Positions 12,501-24,175 of a stretch of DNA of 64,000 nt are shown here, piece by piece. Below the pieces are notes generated by a model. That model was not told the origin of the DNA. It was given only the letters and a program-made list of their open reading frames with translations, and did not search any database. How positions within the stretch are numbered: the stretch's first letter is position 1; each line of letters starts with the position of its first letter. The position numbers were made by a program, and so were the translations under genes. The DNA is from Glaucostegus cemiculus (taxonomy: Eukaryota), in NCBI GenBank assembly GCA_976551045.1, contig CDPCPM010000133.1:1054001-1118000 (forward strand). The letters are read 5' to 3'.

Positions 12501-15500
12501 CCACTTGGAGTATTGTGCTCAGTTCTGGTCGCCTCACTACAGGAAAGATGTGGAAGCCATAGAGAGGGTGCAGAGGAGGTTTACAAGGATGCTGCCTGGA
12601 ATGTGGAGCATGCCTTATGAGAGCAGGTTGCAGGAACTCGGCCTTTTCTCCTTGGAGAGGAGGAGGATGAGGGAGCACCTGATAGAGGTGTATAAGATGA
12701 TGAGAGGTATTGATCGGGTAGATAGTCAGAGGCTTTTCCCCAGGGCTGAAATGGTGGCCACAAGAGGATATAGGTTTAAGGTGCTGGGGAGTAGATCTAG
12801 AGAAGATGTTAGGGTAGGGGTAAGTTTTTTACTCAGAGAGTGGTGAGTGCGTGGAATGGGCTGCCGGAGATGGTGGTGGAGGCGGATACGATAGGGTCTT
12901 TCAAGAGACTGTTAGATAGGTACATGGAGCTAGGTAAAATAGAGGGCTATGGGAATGCCCAGTAATTTCTAGTGTGGGGACATGTTCAGTACAGCTTTGT
13001 GGGCCGAAGGGCCTGAGTTGTGCTGTAATTTTTCTATGTTCTAAATATGTTGGAAATGTTTATTTAAACAGCCAGCAAATCCAGGCAGTGGGCCCACAAC
13101 AAAAGTGGCCTTTGGTGAGATATGCAACATCAGTATAGTCCTTCCTTAATTTCTGGACCAAATTCTTGGTGTTCTTTGCACATTCATTGTACTAACAAGT
13201 GATACTTGTAATCTTTTCAGTAAAAATAATTGCCAGTTCTTGTGATTCCTGTTCTGCAAATTTTGCTGCCTCTTCTAGAGAGAAAGGAAGTCCAAGATCT
13301 CCAGGCTCGCTTCCTTTCTGTTCACACACTGAGAGTGAAGCTTTCGATTCTTCGCACCTGGAAGCAGAAAGCAGAGACACAGAGAAATGTGAAGATGGCA
13401 GACAGGCTGGTGCAGAGCAGGTCTGGCACAATTACCGCTCTGAGTCGTTGTTCCTTGTGTGGAGTTAGTGATTCTTTGGGTTCAGTTAGTTATCCTGGTG
13501 CTACTTAGGCACGAGACAGATGAAGGCTGTTTGTTAAATGACACCAGTAAGAATACTGAGGTCTACCACTTGCCCAATGATGGTATGATGCGGCTATTTA
13601 TACACTGGGAGCTGGGTTGCCAGCTTCTCACATATTGTGGGAACTCATTCAGTCCTTGTAAAAGCTAAAGCTATCTGGACTGACGTAGTGCTGTGCACCA
13701 CGCATTAGCAGCGGCTCATTATTGGTCATTTACTGTAGCTTTCTGCATCTGAAATAGCAGTAGATCACTAGGGAAACACCAGTAGGTCGCTGCGGTGCAG
13801 GACCTACAGCAAGGCTGTTGGGTGCACACAACGGTTCTGTACAACAATGGAGAAGGGGCAGAGGAGCAGGCTGCAAAGTGATGAACCTGTGGCAATGTGC
13901 ATGGAGCATCAAAGAGACCCAAGATGGGGAAGGGCTTATTTGTTTCAGATTAGAGTTACACTTTCCAAATGCATTTTGTTAAATGATCTTCACGGACTGA
14001 GTTCATGCAAAAAATTCCGACATTCCACCTTCCTACTGTGTTGTAACTTGGTTCTGCTTGATGACAATAATTGTACATAGCATATACAAGTGTTACATAT
14101 CCTGGAATTTAAAAGACCAAGGGGTGATTTAATCGAAGATTTTGTAATATGAAGTAAAAACTGATGGTTAGATAGAAACTATTTCTGCTGGTGGAGGGTG
14201 TGAGACAAAAACACACAACCTACTAACTGGAGTCAGGCCTGTCATGAGTGAAGTTATGAAATATTTCTTTGTTCAGAGCGTAATAAAAATTTGAAACTCT
14301 CACAGATGGCAATGGGTGCAAGATCATTTGTTAATTGGATATTGATGTATTTAAAGGATACAAAGATAGTTATATGGAATTGGGTAGCATTTATTTCAGG
14401 GGGCTGAAATATCCATTTCTACTCTCTAATTCTTAGCACATTATGAAATGTTGCTGATTCGCTGATTCCTTGGCACAGGTATATGCGGGCTTGGTACTCT
14501 GCCACACTTCAGAAAGAGAGGATGTGGCAGAAGCTGTGGACATTTCAAACGGTACAGAACCATCAGGTCCTGTTAGGGGCTTTTAGTCGATGGAGGTATC
14601 ACTTGGAGCTGCAGCACTTCTCAGAGAATCACAGGAAGCGTAGAACAGCACAGGGAGTCATCCAGTGCTGGAGGCACAGGACGCTACTACACCAAGCTGT
14701 GAGACATCGAGATATAGTCCTCACTCAAACAGTAGGTGAAATTAGATTTGTCCATCACAACCTTGTCTCCAATCCCTGTTCCCAGCTTCTTCCTAATCCT
14801 CCTATTTCTGCTTAAATAATGATATTTCCTTCAAGTAGATGAAATAATTTTACATCCATGGTCTCCCGAGCCACTTAATTTCCCCGTACCTTTTCTGTGA
14901 AAACTGGTTTTTCTGCTTTAGTTTAACCAATTTTTATTGATTTTTGCCCCCTTTGGGAAAACCCAACATTATCCTATGTTATCAATGGTCATCATTATTT
15001 TAAAAACTTTTGGGTGTTTCTTTTCTTCCCAACGATCACCTAGGTGAATCAACACTAGATTTCATCCAAACCCACTGCATCCGCCTTAAGTTTCAGGAAA
15101 CATTTGAAGAACTAATTCTGAATTTTCCTCCACTGCAGTGCATGGACAACTGATGTAGCACCAGAGCATCCTCCCCTCCTTTCCAATCCCTTTCCACCCT
15201 TCTGTCTGCAGAGCACACGTCTTTTAATCTGACTGATAAAAACAAATTAAAGTCAGCATCACCACCGATGTTTCCCGGTGGATCACGGCCGGGCTGCTGG
15301 CGGGGTTTTACACAGAGGGCTACAAGAAGACAGCACTTGACATTAGGCATTAGAAAGCAATACTGGTAACTGGCCACAAGATGGCAGGACTACCTCACCG
15401 CCAAGAAAAGACCCGAGGATTCAAGTTTTAATTCTTTAAGTAATGTGGGGAAAAGTATCATGTCTGCACCCGCATTGAGTGGTTCCACAGAGTTACACCG

Positions 15501-18500
15501 CCTCAGGCACTTCTACAGAACATGGCTGTTTATTCAGGTCTTCTATTACAACATATAAAAACATCTGCCAGCAGTAGATATAACACAAAGTTGACTGTAA
15601 CATCAATGACATCAAACCAATAGTATCCCCACAAGGCCCCGCACTGCTATTTTTAACGAGAAAAATATTCAATGGCATGTATGTTAGTTTAATCACTGTC
15701 TAAGTCCTCTGCATCCTGGACACAGCAGGATGACGGTTTTCCCCTCTTTAGGCCCTTGGCACCTTCCTGGTGCTTCCTCAGGCTCAGTGATTATATCAGC
15801 TTTGGATGTGGTCTAGCAGTTTGTGGCTCATCTTGTCACTTTGTTGTGGATGGTCAGCATTGTGTGCAAGCAGAGGATGATCTTTGTGCATCTTCCTGAA
15901 CTCACCATCCACTTTCACCTAATTCTATAAGCTTTGATGACCTTGTCCAGCTCCAATCTGAGAAGTGTTTAGCCAGGAAATCTCTACACATCCTCATTCA
16001 GGGTTTCAACCTGGAACGTCATCAATTCCTTTCCTCCCACAGATGCTGCTCAACCTGCTGAGCTCCTCCAGCAGATTGTTGCTCAGGATTCCAGCATCTC
16101 CAGTCTCTCGTGTCTCCAAATCTCGACACATGCTCTGTTATCTATTTGAAGTCATGTCTTTCTCTCTTCTCTAATTCAACATCACCTGTCTTCTTTGGCC
16201 TCACTTCTCCTCTCTAAGTCTGGCTGAATTAGGCTCAGCTGTGTCCTGAGCCTGTGGTTCATCAGCAGTCAAGGCCTACCTGGATGTGGAGTAGGGTGTT
16301 GTTCTGTAAACCTCCAGGAAGGCAACTATTCAGTGCTGCATGGGTCTCTGTTTCATTGATCCGCGAGTTGCTTCTTCACAGCCTCCTTGGCTGTGTGAAC
16401 TAACCTCAATACTTCACTGTTTGATGCAGGATGGCAAGATGTGATGAAGCTATGTTTTATTCAGTTTGTGGTTCTGAATTTCTGGAACTGATTCAAATAA
16501 AATTGTGGGCTGTTGGAGACTAGCTCTTCTGGTAGACTATGCCTAGCTTGGTTCATCAACCGTGTGTTGGTAGTGGTGCAGGGTTCACTAGCAAAACATC
16601 CTGCCACTTGGAGTGGCTGTCCGCTAGGATGAGGAAGATTTCCTGCCTCATTCGATTGTGATCTGTGTGAACTTGCTGGAACTGCCTCGTAGGCCACTTC
16701 CACATCTCAGCTGGCACTTTCAGAGCCTGAGCTTGTCAGTTTTTGATGAGTCAAGGTGCATTGACAAGGTCTTTGATCTTCTTGAGATTACAAGCTGCAT
16801 TTGTTGCCCGTCTTTCTACAATGCAAAGCTGCTTAGAAATGTAATAAACTGCTAATGAAATTGAGATGGTGACTCTATCCCCACAAAAAGAAGCTGATGG
16901 GGAAATGCACTGAAATTGTGTTAGTGATATTTGACAATCCAGAATACTGTATATTCTGATCAACAACAGTCCTGGCTCTTAACTTATTTAATGATTTATT
17001 GAATTTGGACTTTTGTTGTCATGCACACCATCATTTATTCATTTTCACACTTGTATACCAAGCCAGTGCAGCAACCCACAGGCTGCAGGCTTTATCATTT
17101 TTACCCTTTCGATGAAGGTATTGATCCTTGCTAGTTCTGATTCTAAAACAGCAGAGCCTCTAGTTCCTCACTGTGCCTACATTTTCCATGTGCCACTTTA
17201 AGAACTGGATGCCAGCACGGTGTTAACCTTGGGGCCGTGCCAAGCAAATCTCTTTCCCCATATCCACGTAATTATTTTCCCGCAGTATTTGGCTCTCGGG
17301 TGGCTGACATTTCTCTTCCAATTGAGGGTGATTTTGGATGAGAACAAGGTCATGTTTTGCTGTGGTGTATTCCTGACAAAGCCTGGGATCAGTCACATTT
17401 ATTATGACACATGTAAGATTGTCCGGCAGGGAGCCCCTGAGGGTCACAAGCTGTGGCCTCATTGCAAACAGTTAAATTTGCTTTCAATAGTCCTAATACT
17501 ACTATGTTCTCCTGTGACTACACCATGTTTTAGTCTTTCTATGTGGTTTCATTTACAGTTGTTCAGCAGTTGGAAGGATGCTGTCAGATTATCCCAGCTG
17601 TCCCATCAGTTTGCTGGTAACATTGAAGAGAGGCAACTGAGGCTGCTACTGCATGCCTGGGCCAAGCTGGTGAAAGGTGAGAAATCCTTCTGAAGATTGC
17701 AAGCTGCATTTGTTGCCTGTCTTTCAATAATGGAAAACTGCTTCGAAATGTAATAAACTTTTAACAAAATTGAGATGGTGACTCTATCCCCACAGGAAGA
17801 AGCTGACAGAGAAATTCACTGGAATTGTGTTAGGTGATATTTGAAATCCCAGAACATATTCCTATTAGCAACACTCCTGGCTCTTGGTTTCTTTAATGGT
17901 TTATTGAATCTGAACTTTTGTTTCAATGTTCACCATTATCTGTTCGTTCTCACACTTGTATATCCAAGTACATGTGTGCCTTTCTTTCTCTCCACCCTAT
18001 CTTGCAGTGCAGTACTGTTTCAGTTGACATTATTTCTCTCAGCAAATTACCCTCATTAAGGTGATAATGTAAAACTCATAATGTGAACAAGATCTTAGAT
18101 GTTGCCCAGTCTCCATCACTAATGTACTTTGGTCCCTGAAATACTGTCCCTTTATTTATGACGAACAAAATTTATATTGACAGGCAGCAGGGTTTTGCAA
18201 TGTGAAGTGTGTATATACATGTATTAGACTTGCTGATTGGTTTTATTGTTTTTGAATTGTATTCTTTAATTGTGAGATCAGTAATTATTTCAAAGTACAA
18301 CAGTCATCCAAATTCTGTAGTTTTGCGCCGTCACTAAACATCACTGTGATTCCTATACTTTTACATCAAACACATTCAAGTACATTTTCTGGGAGTGTGG
18401 AACAGACTGCCCATTATTGTAATGTCATTTTTTTACCAGTGCTGATAAGTGAGTGCAACTCAATTCCAATGCACCTCAATTCCTTGCTTTTATAGAACAA

Positions 18501-21500
18501 AAGGATGAGGGCATGAGGCAGAAGAAAGTGATTTCTGCATCACAGCACCGAGTGAAGCAGGCTGCTTTCCATCAGATGGCGACATTATATCGGAAGCAAA
18601 AAGAGGCCGTCACGTACTACCATCTAACTTTACTCCGCAGGTATGACAAGTCCACAGTAACCCCTGTGCTCTCTCACTACTTGCAGCGGCTGGAAGCAGA
18701 ACTCACTATTGTTTCAAATACCACCCATCCTTAGTGGCTCTTTAACTGCTGCCAGATAACAAACAAACAATGTAACACCCCCTCATAACATCACAGATCA
18801 TGAGAATAAAACGTGTGTAATATGGCCTTGATAATGTTTCTAGACTTTTACAGATATATATTACATTGAAATAGTCTATTTGTTTTGAACTGATCTGAAG
18901 CTGCCATGTTTAAATTTAAGCCAATGAACCTCAGTTGTCAGCAATACTTTACAGTGCTACCAGGAGCAACCTGTATCATAAGATGGAGCATTTTACATCC
19001 TACCGTATAAACTGAAGAACTTCACTGAAACACAGCAGTCAAGGGTCCTTCAGCCACTGGCTGTCGAGGGGCTGGGTCTTATGTGGAAGCTGCTCAAACA
19101 ACTAAAGCTTGTATCACCCCAGGAGGCCACGAGTGGCAATGGTGCTGTGTACACAACGATGTGCTAACACTGCTGATGTACAGATTCAGTGGCACATAGA
19201 GACTGAATGACACTATGTATGTAAAGAGCCATGAACTGTTTTTTCTTTTGTATAAGTTTTTTTATGAATAACATTTATTATTTATTGTTAAAGAGATGCA
19301 GCACCACTATGATAAGAACCATTGGGGCCTAGCTGTTGCTGTTTTTACCTCTGGTAACACAGCACACGTTGGGGATTTACCAAAGAGATTATTGGTCTGT
19401 TGTTCGGCACAGTGGATAACCAGCTGAGTTAAATTGGTTTGCTTTCTCATCAAACCCTAGGTGCCTTCTCACTTGGGTTGGAAACGTACATTTGCAGAAG
19501 CATTGGGCGTTGACTGCATCAGCTCAAGTTTCATTGTTGCAGCTAAACTTGGCATTTGTGATCTGGAGAAATCAGTTGCACTTGCAACGTAAGGTGGCTT
19601 TATTTGTACAAAGACAGGCTGAAGAAATCCTGCACAAAGCACTGAGATCCTGGCACAGGGAGGTAGGTATGGAGAACTCTGTTCTAACTTACAGAATTTC
19701 AAAAGATGTTGCTTTTCCATTACTTTTCATTTTGAACATCAAAGAAAATAAAATGTGCTTAGTTGCTGTTTCCATGGGTAAAGGCAAAACCCAAGGTGCT
19801 ACTGAGCCAGCAGATTCCAGGACAGACATTGGTATAGGTTGGTCGATCTCAGTGCTTTTGAGCCACAAGGAGTAAAAATCAGACAAATAAAGTAGCATTG
19901 AAATGTGATCAGACAGTGCACTAATTTCTAATGGTGCTGCCTATTCAATGTAAATACAGGAGTGGAAGACAAAGGGAGTATGCCAGAGTTTTGAGTAACT
20001 TAACATTGGAGATGAAATGGTCCAGCACCTTGCTTGGCTGTTTTCAGCCCACAAAGGACAGGTTGTTACTTCGTGATCTCTACCTAAGCCACTGTTTGTA
20101 TCTATTTTTCTTTCACAGTTACAAGCAATTAGGTATCGTGCCAGATATGTGTCCCAGAAATTTGTGAAACGATGGATTCTTTTTATGTTGGTACGGAAGC
20201 AGACAGATCAGTGGGATGCTGAGGAATCTCGTGCAGAGGAACACAACAGGAATCAATTATGGTGATTAGTCCTGCATTGTTACTGAAATACTACCTACTC
20301 TGGTTGTTTCATTTTATAACACACAAGAATGTTCCTACATGTAATGGAAGGGGTCGGTTGGTTGATGAACTAAGACTGAGTTTACAATCTGATTCTATTT
20401 TTCCACAGCAAACGATTTTTGATAAACTGGCGGAACCAATCATGCCTACAGCAATTTCTGGAGAAGAAAAGAGTTGAGGAGCTGCGGGAGATCTGGGAAC
20501 AGTGGAAGAGCTTCACTATGAGCAAGCTAGTGGCCAAGGGGCTGGTGAGCAAAGCAGTTCCCTTTTAAAAAAAAAAACTTTTCATTTAACCAGCTTCAGC
20601 TGTGTGTATTTTAGAACATAGAACAGTACAGCACAATACAGGCCCTTCAGCCCACAATGTTGTGCTGACCTTTAAACCTCACCTAAGACTATCTAACCCT
20701 TTCCTCCCACATATCTCTCTATTTTAAATTCCTCCATATGCTTATCTAGCAATCCCTTGAATGTGACGAATTTGACCAATGTATCTGCCTCCACCACTGT
20801 CCCAGGCAGTGCATTCCATGCCCCAACCACACTCTGGGTAAAAAAAAACCTTCCTCTGATATCTCCCTTGATATGCTAGGTACTCTTTATCTACCATGTG
20901 TATTCTGCTATTTAGATTCTAAAAGAACTATTAGATGTGCCAAGTACTATTTCTGTTTTCTTTATTTGGCAAGTATTTGCCAACACTCAATAATTAAGGA
21001 AACAAATCACTAACAAGACTTAAAAACACTCCCATTCTCTTACCATTTTACCAATGACACAAATGAACGAGGTCAAATGCCTAATGTGTCTATTATCCAT
21101 GTTATATTTCATCAATTGGATGCCTGATTAGGCACATGTGGCTAGTGATTCAGGCATTGGAAACTCTACTGTGAGCAATTTTAGTTAGATTTACATTTAC
21201 ATAAATATTTTAAGGTCACTTTTCTATTTAAATGATTTATAAAGAGGCCAAACCATGGGACTAAATAATATACAGCTGTTCTGTTCCAACTTGCAACGAT
21301 ATTTACCAGGTCTATTAATGAACTTTTATTTTTAATTATTATCTCTTGATTTGACAATCCTCAACCTGGTTACCTAGTCTGGAGTCTAATCTAAAATCTG
21401 AAAGTATTTGGAGTGCTAAGTGTTAGCTTACTGAATGGGAGTATTTTGTCACTCCACTCAAAGCTCCTTGGCTACTAATTGTTTCATCCAGAGACATCAC

Positions 21501-23549
21501 CTGGGCTATTCAGTGCTTATTGAGATCAACATTAGTCAAGTTGAGGCTGGTCCAGGAACATTTATCATTCTCCTCTCTGGGGAATAAGAAACCCATAGTC
21601 TCTGTTAATTCTGTTCAGCTGCTACAGTCAGTATTGTGTTGGATGTAGACATTTTCCTGAAATCCCTGCCTCCAGTCTTAATAACTCACTGAACTGCATA
21701 AAAACATTGGCCTAAGGAGGACCTCTGAGGGCAAGGCAGCCTCCCCTGAGAATCTCTAAATAGAAGCAGCTACTTAATCTATTTAGAGCCTTTGTGGGCG
21801 GGCTGGGATAATGGGGTCCATCCTGCATCTGACCTTCGTCCTTGTGTCGACATAAACGGGAGACGTGCCCCCATCTGCATGATGGTAATGGGAAACTGAC
21901 TGCACTTCAATCTGCTCATAATCTGGAAGCCTTTAGTAGTGAACAGTCAGGTGCTACTGGAACCATAATCTTTTCACACTAATGGAAGCTTCTCTCTTTC
22001 CCACACAGTATGAGCAGAGGCTGGAGGTGAAGATGTGGCAGTTGTGGCGTAGACGGTTCATACAGATGCAGGTGTCACAGGCGTTTGCAGCTCAGGACAA
22101 CAGGATGCTGATGTTGGACGTAGGTACCAAAGTTACATACAGCTCATTACAACACCAGTCACCCCTCCCTGGAAGATGCTGATCCTCATTATTAAATGCT
22201 CTGGTTTATCACTCCCTGATCTTGTTTCATGACTGAGCCACACACTAAAGATCAATAATTTGTCCATCTTCCACCCATGCTGGTTTTTCCAGGAACTATA
22301 ACTGATATTCCCCTTCACCACCCACTTCCCAAAAGTCTAATCTAGGGCTCATAGAGGAATGATCAGGAAACCTGTCTGGCTTCTCTTTCTCCTACCCAGG
22401 ACTTGAGCAAAATTTGGAGCAAAAAAAAAGATCTGTTTGATATTATATCCTTCTATCCCTTCCCTGTCTCCCATATCCTCCCAGCCCTCTCCGATCAGGA
22501 GCAGGAACTGTGACTGATTTCCACCTTCTCCAAAGAATTGACATTGGTATTAGGGGGTCTCAGCTGTTTGCTCTGCAGAGCTGTGAGTATACTGCACGTA
22601 ATGTAGAGGCACATCTTTAGATTATTAAATTGACTGGCTGCCTCCTTTTTGTTCAGGCACTAATTGTGGAACATAGTTCATCAGAGACTTTATGTTTAAA
22701 TATTTCAGCTTGTATCTTTGCAAATTCCTTTAGATGTCATTGAAGCCATGTGAGGATGGGTCATGGAATAGTAATCAGCAGTAGGAATTGCAGGACCCTC
22801 TTCCCCCCTTATCCAGGGATCACAGGTGGGATATGAAGAACAAGGACCATGACTGATTTGACCCTCTCTCTAACCCAGGGATCAATGGATAATAGGCCAA
22901 AACCTCATTCTAATTTTTCATAACTCAGGGGTGTAGAGATTCATTGTATCTCTGACTACTGACCTGGAGAAGATCAGCCACATCCTAAGGATGGAATCCA
23001 GAAATATTTTGCCTCAGAACCATATCAACTGCTGCGATTTAGTCTCTACCTCTTGGAATCTGACAGTCTGTGCTTAAATGAGGAATGATCAACTGCTTGT
23101 AACAGGTTTGCTCTTTGGTTTGGCCCATGACGCACTGTGTTGGTACCATCATATCTGAATGAACAGTGGTCTAGTTGTCAGACTGCCTTTGGAGAGAGAT
23201 GCAGGGTTCTCCTCCCCTGCATTGTTTCAGCAGTGGTGGCACAGAAATAAACAGCTGTCTATGATCTGAGCTCAAATGTACCAGAGCTTCATAATCAGTG
23301 TTTTAAACTGCCATTCACTCAGATTATACACCATAAAACAGTTCAGAAATAATGCATTAAGGTGCACAATGTAATTTAACAGGGGAACAATTTGGTCTCT
23401 AATGACTTAGATTTATGTTGTAGGAACATATAATTCAAATTCTCACTCGTGTACTGAATCCAGTCACTGTAAACCTGATGTTTCTGATCTATTCTTAGGT
23501 TTTCACTGCCTGGTACAAATTGGCTGCTGGAAAACACAGTGACCCATGA
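432..23549 (+). CDS. C1orf167: C1orf167-like gene (5' part outside window), Sfi1-repeat-like protein; 19 reconstructed coding exons, about 974 aa in window
   Basis: AG/GT-bounded exons join with consistent phases (2925 nt, ending in TGA at 23547-23549). The protein has repeated L-x3-F/L-x2-W-K/R motifs. Tail-to-tail position next to MTHFR matches vertebrate C1orf167 synteny; the name rests on synteny, not on recognised sequence identity. Confidence 0.75.
521..695. repeat. Diverged inverted pair of a short dispersed repeat (related single arms near 15995-16120 and 43680-43775)
   Basis: Arm acagaaaatgctgg...gcagatcaagcag...catcagaac is followed by its approximate reverse complement tctgaagag...gacctgagacgtt...tgacctgctgag. 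Confidence 0.6.
1032..1251 (+). CDS. C1orf167: C1orf167-like exon (YFRPYRERLLSHCLYAW...VLAHCFNQ)
   Basis: Polypyrimidine ttttag acceptor, CAA|gtgagt donor, inside ORF 940..1272. Confidence 0.8.
1847..1999. repeat. Tandem duplication, two copies with a 77-bp period
   Basis: agacaatcatctacaagcattatatca...ccctttacaaggat repeated with one internal mismatch. Confidence 0.95.
2309..2822 (-). mobile_element. CR1 LINE 3' fragment
   Basis: ORF 2385..2798 (-) [16 protein letters not shown]...RGDLIEVFKI...FFTQRVV.AWNALP, the CR1 ORF2 C-terminus; ctatgtt tail. Confidence 0.92.
3088..3278 (+). CDS. C1orf167: C1orf167-like exon (WRDAANAS...LASFHG)
   Basis: ctcttccttacacag acceptor, AA|gtaaga donor; joins to give CFNQ-WR repeat. 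Confidence 0.75.
6284..6365 (+). CDS. C1orf167: C1orf167-like exon (alternative donor at 6379)
   Basis: Strong pyrimidine tract plus cag; donors cag|gtgcgc (6365) or ag|gtgaga (6379). Confidence 0.6.
6471..6601 (+). CDS. C1orf167: C1orf167-like exon (...KRQLYAMLNAWHLHIKNH); 5' boundary uncertain
   Basis: Open frame with a Trp repeat, AA|gtaatt donor phase 2; weak acceptor. Confidence 0.45.
7650..7846 (+). CDS. C1orf167: C1orf167-like exon (DRFEAQTW...LESCFLHWR...)
   Basis: tctttgtag acceptor, G|gtctga donor phase 1. Confidence 0.7.
7960..8260 (-). mobile_element. Ancient Deu-domain SINE (SacSINE1/AmnSINE-like), degenerate
   Basis: ggcagccaatttgca..cag...cccacaaaca...tttagtgatgttggtt resembles the reverse complement of the Deu domain. 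Confidence 0.6.
8640..9570 (+). mobile_element. Degenerate CR1 fragment interrupted by a SINE
   Basis: Decayed CR1 ORF2 3' features (cttgtttagactacatttacagtaatgtg..., gggctgaattccctgttgctgtgtaa) flank the SINE. Confidence 0.45.
8795..9103 (-). mobile_element. tRNA-derived V-domain SINE (HE1-like)
   Basis: Minus strand shows A box tagcatagtgg, B box gggttcgagtcc, V domain gtgggtttcctccgggtgctccggtttcctccc, and an AATAAA-containing tail. Confidence 0.85.
10144..10336 (+). CDS. C1orf167: C1orf167-like exon (VCCQSNGK...FQDWREELRKHQLA)
   Basis: Long pyrimidine tract plus tag, GG|gtatga donor; the only open frame matches phase 1. Confidence 0.7.
10557..10710 (+). CDS. C1orf167: C1orf167-like exon (ISPRNQVQDALKPW...SSPEQ)
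   Basis: tttttcag acceptor, CAG|gtagat donor, phases 2/0 consistent. Confidence 0.6.
11658..11833 (+). CDS. C1orf167: C1orf167-like exon (SIVQCEAQ...HRRTLLT)
   Basis: tttgtag acceptor, CG|gtatgt donor. Confidence 0.75.
11983..12191 (+). CDS. C1orf167: C1orf167-like exon (VFLSWNNW...KAMSHWHQYTE)
   Basis: ttcttcctgcag acceptor, A|gtgagt donor. Confidence 0.8.
12443..13043 (+). mobile_element. CR1 LINE 3' fragment
   Basis: LYRSLVRPHLEYCAQFWSPH...[13 protein letters not shown]; 3' gggccgaagggcctg...ctatgttcta. Confidence 0.92.
13279..13420 (+). CDS. C1orf167: C1orf167-like exon (RKEVQDLQ...LRTWKQ...VQS)
   Basis: cctcttctag acceptor, AG|gtctgg donor. Confidence 0.75.
14100..14430 (+). mobile_element. 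Highly degenerate CR1 3' fragment
   Basis: ggggtgatttaatcgaag...tttctttgttcagagcgt...tttgaaactct resembles RGDLIE/FFxQRV/WNSL. Confidence 0.45.
14479..14731 (+). CDS. C1orf167: C1orf167-like exon (YMRAWY...AFSRWR...IQCWR...LTQT)
   Basis: cacag acceptor, ACA|gtaggt donor; three Trp repeats. Confidence 0.8.
17559..17676 (+). CDS. C1orf167: C1orf167-like exon (LFSSWKDAV...LLHAWAKLVK)
   Basis: atttacag acceptor, G|gtgaga donor. Confidence 0.8.
18496..18640 (+). CDS. C1orf167: C1orf167-like exon (QKDEGMRQ...YYHLTLLR)
   Basis: ccttgcttttatag acceptor, AG|gtatga donor. Confidence 0.8.
19461..19662 (+). CDS. C1orf167: C1orf167-like exon (CLLTWV...AFVIWR...ALRSWHRE)
   Basis: ccctag acceptor, GAG|gtaggt donor. 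Confidence 0.8.
20119..20261 (+). CDS. C1orf167: C1orf167-like exon (LQAIRYR...FVKRW...NRNQL)
   Basis: tttttctttcacag acceptor, TG|gtgatt donor. Confidence 0.75.
20409..20544 (+). CDS. C1orf167: C1orf167-like exon (KRFLINWR...IWEQWK...AKGL)
   Basis: tttttccacag acceptor, CTG|gtgagc donor. Confidence 0.8.
20613..20870 (-). mobile_element. CR1 LINE 3' end
   Basis: agaacatagaacagtacagcacaatacaggcccttcagccc...; similar to the 2309-2550 copy. Confidence 0.85.
22009..22119 (+). CDS. C1orf167: C1orf167-like exon (YEQRLEVKMWQLWRRRF...LMLD)
   Basis: ctctttcccacacag acceptor, GAC|gtaggt donor. Confidence 0.8.
23499..23549 (+). CDS. C1orf167: C1orf167-like last coding exon (VFTAWYKLAAGKHSDP*)
   Basis: attcttag acceptor completes the LMLD-VFTAW repeat; TGA stop. 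Confidence 0.7.
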   Translation, partial: VFTAWYKLAAGKHSDP

Positions 23550-24175
23550 TTAGGGGTGAATCTCAAGCTCGCCCCCAGTACAGATTTGGGGCTTCTCACT
23601 GTCTTTGCTCATGGAGATGAACAGAATGCTGATTATCAAAACCTCTGTATCCCGTGTCACTCTGTTCTTGTTCCTCATTCAGTCAGATTCCAATCCCATT
23701 GGACAGGTTAGAGACTGTGCATTTTCTTAGACACGCTGTGATAGGATCCTAATTCTGTGCTTGGTAATATGCCAGTAATTAGACTACATGCAACATCACA
23801 GAGACAGTGGGTTCAGTTGCCTTGAGAGCTTGCCCAGCTTCAGGTTCATGGCACTAAGGGTTCTGGTGAGCAGACACCTAATGGTTTGGGTACTTTTCAA
23901 GATGCAGTCAATTTGAAATGATAACATTACATGTTTGTATTTTCTCTCCAATCTCATTTGCTGAACATTTTGTGGACACCAGCTGTCAGCACCCATCTTT
24001 GAATTAACTTTAACTAGCTGTACTTGGGGGATGTTTCTTTAAATTAAAGGTTTTTTGTGTAACTTTTATAGAGTATTTTAGAATTTGTGTTCCTATTTCC
24101 TCCATTTTATTTTGATGGATTAATGGATGTTATCCAGTACTGGGGTCCTTTATACTTTATCAATGTCCAATTTTG

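Noticed and set aside
13786-14080. Possible extra C1orf167-like exon (ORF 13847..14080)
   Set aside because: Weak acceptor, no phase-compatible donor found, and the flanking exons 13420 and 14479 already join in frame
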